Shown: positions 13,231 to 54,428 of the stretch, in pieces
Numbering within the stretch: position 1 is the stretch's first letter
Layout of the letters: every line of letters begins with the position of its first letter
Source of the DNA: Octopus bimaculoides
Lineage: Eukaryota
Length of the DNA stretch: 54,428 nt
Reading direction: 5' to 3'
Assembly: GCF_001194135.2 (NCBI RefSeq)
Contig: NC_068991.1
Span: forward strand, 2,884,295-2,938,722
Program-made: the position numbers and the translations under genes
The notes under the pieces: model-generated
The model's database searches: none
The model's input: only the letters and a program-made list of their open reading frames with translations
What the model was told of the DNA's origin: nothing

Positions 13231-16200
13231 CCACAAACTTCAATACCCTAACCATTAGTCTGCACACCACCTATGTGTGTGTGTGTGTGTGTGTGTATAC
13301 ATGTGTGGTAAGAAGCTTGCTTCCCAACTACATGGTTCCAGGTTCAGTTTCACTGCGTGGCACTTACTATAGCCTCAGGTTGACCAAAGCCTTCTGAGCG
13401 GAATTGGTACCTGGAAACTGAAAGAAGCCTGTTGTGTGTGTATATATGTATATATTTAGGTGTGTGTGTCTGTGTTTGTCCCCCTGCCATCACTTGACAA
13501 CTGATGCTGGTGTGTTTATATCTCAGTAGCTTAGCAGTTTGGCAAAAGAGACCGATAGAATAAGTACTAGATTTACAAAGCTTAAGTCCTGGGGTCGATT
13601 TCTTTGACTAAAACCCCTTAAGAGGGTGAGTATGTGTGTGTACTGTATTTGATGGCATAAAAGATACACAAACATCATTTGATGTCAGTTTTCCATGGGT
13701 TGGACGGTTTGACAGGGAGCTGCCAAAGCCAGTTGCTGCACCAGGCCCCAATTGTCTGTTTCGGCAGGGTTTCTATGGCTGAATTCCCTTCCTAATGCCA
13801 ACCACTTTCCAGTGAGTACTGCATGCTTTTTACGTGGCACCTGCATGGACAAGGTCACCGAGCAACTTGCAAGACAAAACTCCTCACCTGGGAGTAGAGG
13901 GGAGAGTAGAATAAAGGTGGGGGTGGCGGTTTGTGCCAGTTGAGAGATTAAAGGTGAAGAGGGACAAGGGTAGAGTAGATACAGAAATACCCCAGTTGAG
14001 AAAGAAAGGAGGGAAAGTTTAGAGAGTAAGATAAAGAGAGCGAGTGAGTGAGATAAAGAGAGCAATGGTGTGAGAGATGGCGGCAAAGATGTGCTGAGAA
14101 AAGCCCTCGAGGGCATGTGACAAGCAATCACATCATTGAAATCTCAAAGCTCTGAGATAACGAATCATTGAGTTAAAATAGTGAGAATAGATAAACGTTA
14201 GTTTTGACAGAGTAATCTGAATGCTAAAAAGTTAAAGATTATGCTTGTCTTGGGATACTCAGCCACTTATTCACAAATTCAATGAGTCTCATTGTTGAAT
14301 TGATCAAACTGATGAAAACTGATCATCAGAGATTCAAGATGAGATCAATTATTGCCGCTTTGACATCTTTTTTGCCTGGCCCCACTTCTCATTTGCTCCT
14401 CCACTTTGCCAACTGTGTCATTGCTATCCTCCTGCTCCACTACATACCTATGTTGAGACATGCCCTTGAGGGACGAGGGTGGGGTTGAGAATAAGTGAGG
14501 TGATACCAAATACATTTCAGTTTCTGCAACATATATTCAGGCAGAAAAGGTTTTAATAGACTGAAACATGTAAGAATGGTCAAACATTGCATTTGAGACC
14601 CAAAGTATTTTTTTTTTCACAATATGGTAGGCATTGTCTTGCGAGTTTCTTGGCAACCCTAGATGTACCAGTGTCTCGTAAAAAGCACCCAGTACACTCT
14701 GTAAAGTAATTGGTATTAGGGAGGGCATCCAGCTATAGAAACCATGCCATAGCAGACATTGGAGTTTGGCACAGACTTTTGGCTTATTGGTTCCTGCAAA
14801 TATTCCAACCCATGCCAGCATGGAAAATGGATGTTGGACAATAACAATGACGATAATGATGTATGTATGTGTATATATGTATATATATTTATGTGTATAG
14901 GGGAAAGCATGTGGCCAAGTGGTTTGGGTATTCAGTTTAAGATCATAAGGTCCTGGGTTCGATACCTGGTGACATATGTCCTTAAGCAAGTCTCTTTATT
15001 TCACATTGTCCCAGTTGTACCTTTAATTTCAAAGGGGTCCTAACTTGTCACACTCTGTGTCATGCTGAATCTCCCTCAGAACTTTGTCAAGGATTCGTTA
15101 ATCCCACAACGAGTCTGTTCTGTTGATCAGATCATCTGGAACCCTCGTTACCATAACTGGCTGAGTGCCAATCTCAATATGTATGTGTATATGTGTAAGT
15201 ATGTGTATGTATGTGTGCACACGTGTGTATGTATGTGAGTGTATATGTGTGCGTGTGTTTAATCAGGAGTTCACTGTTCATAGGGGTTGGTCGGGTTGAT
15301 GACTTAGTTTGCAAATATTATTTCTACTTGTAGTTTGACTTTTTTTCTATTCAAATGACAAAAATCAAATCTAGACGAAGCCCCTCCCCTCAACACACAA
15401 ATATTTTCCATTTCACATCTACACAAAAGACACTCTGACACAGTTTCGTTCTTTCCTTTCTTTGCTTTTTTAATGCTCCCTGCCACTTGTTTCCTGTCAT
15501 ACCCCCACCTCTATTGTGTGTGTGTGTGTGTGTGTGTATGAATGCGTGCATGTATTAATTTGTAAAATTTTCTAATTCATGTTATGTAGAGCATTGCCAA
15601 GCTGTAGCGTCGCTTTGTTAATATACATGGCTCCACATGAGCTCTCTGTACTTCTACAGACCTAACCACCACCACCACCACCACCACCACCACCACCACC
15701 ACCACNNNNNNNNNNNNNNNNNNNNNNNNNNNNATCCACGACCACCATCATCATCACTACTACCACCACCACCACCACCATTACTGCTACCACCATCACC
15801 ACCATCACTACTACCACCACCACCACCACCACCACCATTCTCTGTTTCACATTCACACATTACAATATAATAAACACATCACTTTTAAAGCTGTTTCGTC
15901 CCAAACAACACCACCACCACCAATACTACCAGGGTTGTTTAATTAGGGTGGAACACAAAACTTAAATTGTCCTCACTTACTTACATAACAGGTTACATTG
16001 TACTTCAGGGGACTCTCAGAGTACATCAAGCTATTGATGTTTTGGAAGCAGTTCTACAAATGGTGTTTAGGTTGTAGTAGTTACTGCTCAGGTGCATGGC
16101 TTAGCGGTTAGGGTGTTTGGCTCATGACTGTGAGTTCAGTTCCCAGCAGCATGATGTGTTCTTGAGCAAGACAGGCAAGACCTTGTGGTATTTAGTCAGG

Positions 16201-16869
16201 GCCCTTCTCATTCTGAATTAAAATCCCATTGAGGTCAACTTTACTGGTGGTTCTTCCAGTTCATTAACATGACAAAAATTGAAGCCAAATCTCTCAGAAC
16301 TCACCTTTCTTCTCAAGTTCTCAGACTCATAAGACTGGTTTCTGTGGCATATATTTGGTTGAGATCACATTATTCCTAAGAGGGATACTAGTTCATTGCA
16401 GGGTTCTAGGCCAGCAACTTTGAGGGGAAGGGTAGACAAGTCAACACCATTGATCCCCAGTGATTGATTGGTACTTTATTTTATCAACTCCCAAAAAGAT
16501 GAAAAGTAAAGTTCACCTGGGCAGGATTTGAACTCAGAACATAAAAGCTGAAAGAAACACTTCAAAGCATTTTGTCCGATGTGCTACCACCTCTTCCAGT
16601 TTCCTGCCTCAGATTACCAATTACTGTCTTGAAATTAAGGATGGATATGCTAAATGGTGCAATCTTAGGTGCAGGTGTGGTTGTATGGTAAGAAGCTTGC
16701 TTCCCAACCACATGGTTCCGAGTTCAGTTCCACTGTGAGGCACCTTGGGCAAGTGTCTTCTACTATAGCATCGGGCTGAACAAAGCCTTGTGAGTGGATT
16801 TGGTAGATGGAAACTGAAAGAAACCATATATATGTATGTATGTTTTTGTGTCTGTGTTTCTTACTCTTT

Positions 16870-16937
16870 CTTGCGGAACCCCTAGGAACCTTTTGCAGAA
16901 CCCTAGGGTTCCAGGGAACCCTAGTTGAGAAATGCTG
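16870..16937. mobile_element. Right end only of a Charlie-like hAT MITE
   Basis: Terminus gttgagaaatgctg followed by ctctaacc; left end not found. Confidence 0.45.
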
Positions 16938-18306
16938 CTCTAACCACTGAACCATGCACCTTCACATGTATTATTATTATTATTACTGGCATAATGACCC
17001 TTCGAAGACACACCTAGAAACAATGTTTTCTTTAAAACCCAAAAAATAGCTGGATGGCCATAGATGGAAATCGTTTGATTATAAGATCTGTTGAATCAGG
17101 TTTGGCCTAGGGCTAAACAATGAGCACAAGACTAAACAGCAACAACAGCCTCAGCAAAAGCAACAGCAGTTAATACAATTAGGCACCAAATGAATGCAAT
17201 ACATAAATCTACATTGCTTTGAATGGACAATATCTTCCGGGCAGGGTGGTGGTGGTGGTGGGGGGACATGTTTAAATCTGAAGTTTTCACACCTGAATGA
17301 GAAAAAGAATATGTTGTTTACACTTTTCTATTGCCAACACCTGCAGTGTGTAAATAGGAAAGTAAAGAAAATATTAGAATGATAATAGCAGTTATGATAA
17401 TTGGTTCCTTTGGCCATGCTTTTGAGTCTTGTCTTATCGCAGGAGTGGCAAAGGTGGAAACCACAGTGGCGGCACCTGAATATTTCATCAAATTCTCTGT
17501 AGCAAAGAGAGTCTTGAGTTGGAGTGCTCAAGGACAACTGCCAGGATAGATCATTGCCATCATTGTTGTCGTTATTTTCATCATCATCATCATCGTCATC
17601 CTTGGTATTGTCATCGCCATTGTTGTCGTCATCTTCATTATTGTCATCGTCATCATCATCATCATCATCATCGTCCTCATTAGGTGTCGTCTTCTCTCAG
17701 TGTGTCTTTAGCATCTTTTATCCCTTATCTTTCATCTTTTACTTGTTTCAGTCATTAGACTGTGGCCATGCTGTAGCATCGCCTTGAAAGTTTTTAGTCA
17801 AACAAATCAGCCCCAATACCTTTTTTTTTTAAAGCCTGTTACTTTATTTATGAATCTCTTTTACCAAACCACTAACTTACAGAGATGTAAACAAACCAAC
17901 ACCGGTTGTCAAGTGATGGTGAGGACAAACACACACATACACACACACAAAAGACACACCCACATACACATATAAACACATGCTTACATACATCACACAT
18001 ATGTCTATACAATAGGCACTTCTCTACGGCTCCTGTCCACAAAATCTCATTTACAAGATATTGGTCAACCAGTGGTTCCAGTAAAAGGCATTTGTGCATG
18101 GTGCCATGCAATTGGAGAGGATCTTAGAACTGTTTGGTTGCAAAGAAAAATTCTTAACCCCACAGAGCCATGCTGGCATCCCTCTCNNNNNNNNNNNNNN
18201 NNNNNNNNNNNNNNNNNNNNNNNNNNNNNNNNNNNNNNNNNNNNNNNNNNNNNNNNNNNNNNNNNNNNNNNNNNNNNNNNNNNNNNNNNNNNNNNNNNNN
18301 NNNNNN

Positions 18307-18350
<44 letters not shown>

Positions 18351-19053
18351 AAAAATTTAGCCTTTCTGTCGTCAATTTGAGGATGTGACAGGTATTGAAC
18401 CTTAGTCCTTTCTGTTTACATTATGTTGTACAACTAAAGGATAAAAGAATTATGGTAATCAGTTGAATAATTCTGCTCCCCCTATTCTCATGGTGTTGTC
18501 ATGTGATGAGGGTGGTTGTAACACCAGTTGTTTAAGGTGCTCATGGGGGTAGTAGTGAGAGGAGAGGTGGTGGCGGCCATACAGAGTATTATGTTGGTGG
18601 TGGTGGTGGCAGATGAAAGTTGTACTAGCAATAGTGGTGGTGGTTGTGGTGGTGGTGGTGGTGTGTTGATAGTTGTAATCAAACCGGTTTGTGATATCAA
18701 CTTGAAAATACTTCATTTACGATGCTAACAACTCAGGTGAAATACATGAATATCACAACTTCTCATTTGTCCTGCAAGTAAATATCTTATGCTTTGAACC
18801 ATTAAAACCAGACAGAAAACAAAAAAAATATCCTCGTTGCGACTGCATTTGCTATTTTTATTATTATTATTATTGTTGTTGTTGTTGTTGTCGTTGTCAT
18901 TATTCTTCTTATTATTATTATTTACTTTGTATTTTATTTCTTATTTTGGTGACTCTCGTTACTCATCTGATTTTTCTCTTTCCTTCTCTGACAGATAACT
19001 GATCCCCCACCCCAGCTTAGTGTCCCTGGAGGCAACGGACCATTCCTGGCACC

Positions 19054-52578
<33,525 letters not shown>

Positions 52579-53498
52579 GTAATTACATACTTCAATTTAT
52601 ATCTCTAATTAACTAATTAATACTTCTTAATCAAACCAACTAATATTAAATAATAAAAACACACACTTCACTTCAGTTTGGCATCATTCATTATACAGGG
52701 ATGAGGCAAAGAAGGTGTACAGTTGCTTAACATAAGTTCCCAGAAATCAAAAAAGAGGATTTCCAATAAACTAGGTATCTCATGCAGATCTCTTAGTTAT
52801 GAATTACTTAGGCTTAAAAAAGAAATGGAGAAATGAAAAGAACATTCCACTCATATTAACCAACTGTATACCTGCTTTTGTCCATCCCTGTATAGCATTT
52901 TTTTCCCCCTCCTTGTTCAGTCTTCTTTCAATACCAACATTATCAAAGCTATGATTATTATTGTATATTCACTGTGTATAATATTAGTTTTTATTTCCAA
53001 TTCTTTGAAAGATTTTATATTCTTATTGTTTTGTTTTGAAATTTTCAAACAACGAAAATATTTTCAGTGTTTCGCGTGGAAGTAAGTCGTGGTGGCTGTG
53101 TTGGCTAAGTTGAGAGGGTTTTCAATACCTATTACAGAGGCCTGTGGTTCTCACACTCATTAAACTACAACACTAAGAAATATATCAATAAATAAAAATC
53201 TCTTTCTCTCTCCTTCCCTCTCTCTCTCTCTCTCACTCTCTCTCTCTCTCTGGTGCTCACCGTCCATTTTGTAACCCTTTCTCAGTCATTGGAGTCAACT
53301 TTAGATACTAAATCTTTATACTGTGTGTGAAGAGCACCAATGGTCTCACCAAAGACCAGAGCCTGCATGCTGGAGACCATTCTTCTCCAAGAGCTATTTT
53401 CTCTGGCCAGATATTGCTGGCATGAGAAGTTTAAATGAAATAGTTCAAATGAGAACTGGATTCTTGTCCAGTTCTATGTTTAAGAGATGAGGAATTAT

Positions 53499-53640
53499 GT
53501 ACATTATTTACAGTTAACAGATATTTGTCCTCATCCTGTTTGTTGTTGATACAACATTTCGGCTGATATACCCTCCAGCCTTCATCAGGTGTCTTGGGGA
53601 AATTTTGAGCTTGGGTTCTCATTCCTAAGGTATTTTTCGA

Positions 53641-53679
<39 letters not shown>

Positions 53680-53751
53680 CATTATTCAGATCACTGCCAG
53701 AAATCAAACTCGGAATCTTGGGGTTAGTAGCCCACACTCTTAACCACTATG
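53499..53751 (-). mobile_element. tRNA-headed element with (AAT)n spacer and hammerhead-like tail, left arm of palindrome
   Basis: Minus strand: TAGTGGTTAAG (A box), anticodon-like hairpin GGG-CTACTAA-CCC, decayed B box, (AAT)n, then GACAC-CTGATGA-A-GGCTG-loop-CAGCC-GAAA-T-GTT-GTATC (53548-53593). Confidence 0.75.
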
Positions 53752-53820
53752 GGCATATGGCATAGTGGTTAAGAGCGCAGGCAACTAACTCAAGATTCCG
53801 AGTTCAATTCCAGGCAGTGA

Positions 53821-53856
<36 letters not shown>

Positions 53857-54012
53857 TGATAATAATAACAACATCGAAAAATACCTTAGGAATGAGAACC
53901 CAGGTTCAAAATTTCCCCAAAACACCTGATGGAGGCTGGAAGCTATATCAGCCGAAACATTCCGTTAACAATAAACAAGATGAGGACAAATATCGGTCAA
54001 ATGTAAACAATG
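53751..54012 (+). mobile_element. tRNA-headed element with hammerhead-like tail, right arm of palindrome
   Basis: GGCATAGTGGTTAAG...GAGTTCAATTCC (A/B boxes), (AAT)n, AACAC-CTGATGG-A-GGCTG-loop-CAGCC-GAAAC-ATT (53921-53966); inverted copy of the left arm. Confidence 0.75.
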
Positions 54013-54115
54013 AATTTTTGTCCTAACTAAACCAAAATGTACCTTAGCTTCAGCTCACCTAACCTCACCCATAATCTCCATGTAACACACAAGACAACTG
54101 ATTACTTATTCTTTC

Positions 54116-54428
54116 AAAATATCTGGCAGTGTTGGCTATAGCCTAGTCACCCGTATTACGAACCAGGTGATACACGAAGGAGTCATACCCTATGACTGGT
54201 GTAGCAGCATCATAGTCAACTGCTACAAAGGTAAAGGGGACGCTTTAGATACAAATAATTACAGAGGCATCAAGCTGTTAGATCAGGTTATGAAAGTTAC
54301 AGAGAGGGTCATAGCCCAACTAATTAGGGAGCGAATCAATTTAGATGAGATGCAGTTTGGGTTCGTGCCAGGTAAAAGCACTACTGATGCCTTATTTCTA
54401 GTGAGACAGTTGCAAGAGAAATACCTAG
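54116..54428 (+). mobile_element. RTE-clade LINE reverse transcriptase, 5'-truncated, runs off the window
   Basis: Stop-free 104 codons: KISGSVGYSLVTRITNQVIHEGVIPYDWCSSIIVNCYKGKGDALDTNNYRGIKLLDQVMKVTERVIAQLIRERINLDEMQFGFVPGKSTTDALFLVRQLQEKYL. Confidence 0.92.

Noticed and set aside
12655-13236. Thr-rich or Val-rich mucin-like ORFs
   Set aside because: Trinucleotide microsatellite plus N-gap; no splice signals
17430-17550. Acceptor-like site followed by a short open stretch (GVAKVETTVAAPEYFIKF...)
   Set aside because: No recognisable homology or donor; cannot be assigned as the missing 5'UTR exon
53751-53825. Genuine tRNA gene
   Set aside because: Acceptor stem does not close, the anticodon loop differs between arms, and it is embedded in a repeat; it is a SINE-type head

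Overview
Repeat-saturated, AT-rich animal genomic DNA with nine N-gaps. The SINE families and microsatellite load suggest a coleoid cephalopod, probably Octopus (inference). The only recognisable host gene is the 5' half of a phospholipase C-beta of the PLCB4/norpA type on the + strand. I reconstructed 17 coding exons by hand from ATG 19054 to about 52578 (about 540-548 aa). All have GT-AG boundaries and matching phases, and they cover PH, EF-hand, catalytic X and part of the X-Y linker; the Y, C2 and C-terminal exons lie beyond the window. The flank and introns hold several tRNA-derived SINE families, two decayed R4/Dong-like RLE non-LTR elements, a 5'-truncated RTE-like RT frame, hAT and piggyBac MITEs, and many micro- and minisatellites. 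Most notable: (i) a ~510-bp head-to-head palindrome of a tRNA-headed element with a minimal hammerhead-ribozyme motif in each arm, plus two other degenerate hammerhead/Penelope-like motifs; (ii) a full-length 5S rRNA pseudogene joined to a SINE 3' tail; (iii) a possible internal alternative first exon of the PLC gene. Almost all ORFs in the supplied track are microsatellite or N-gap artefacts.
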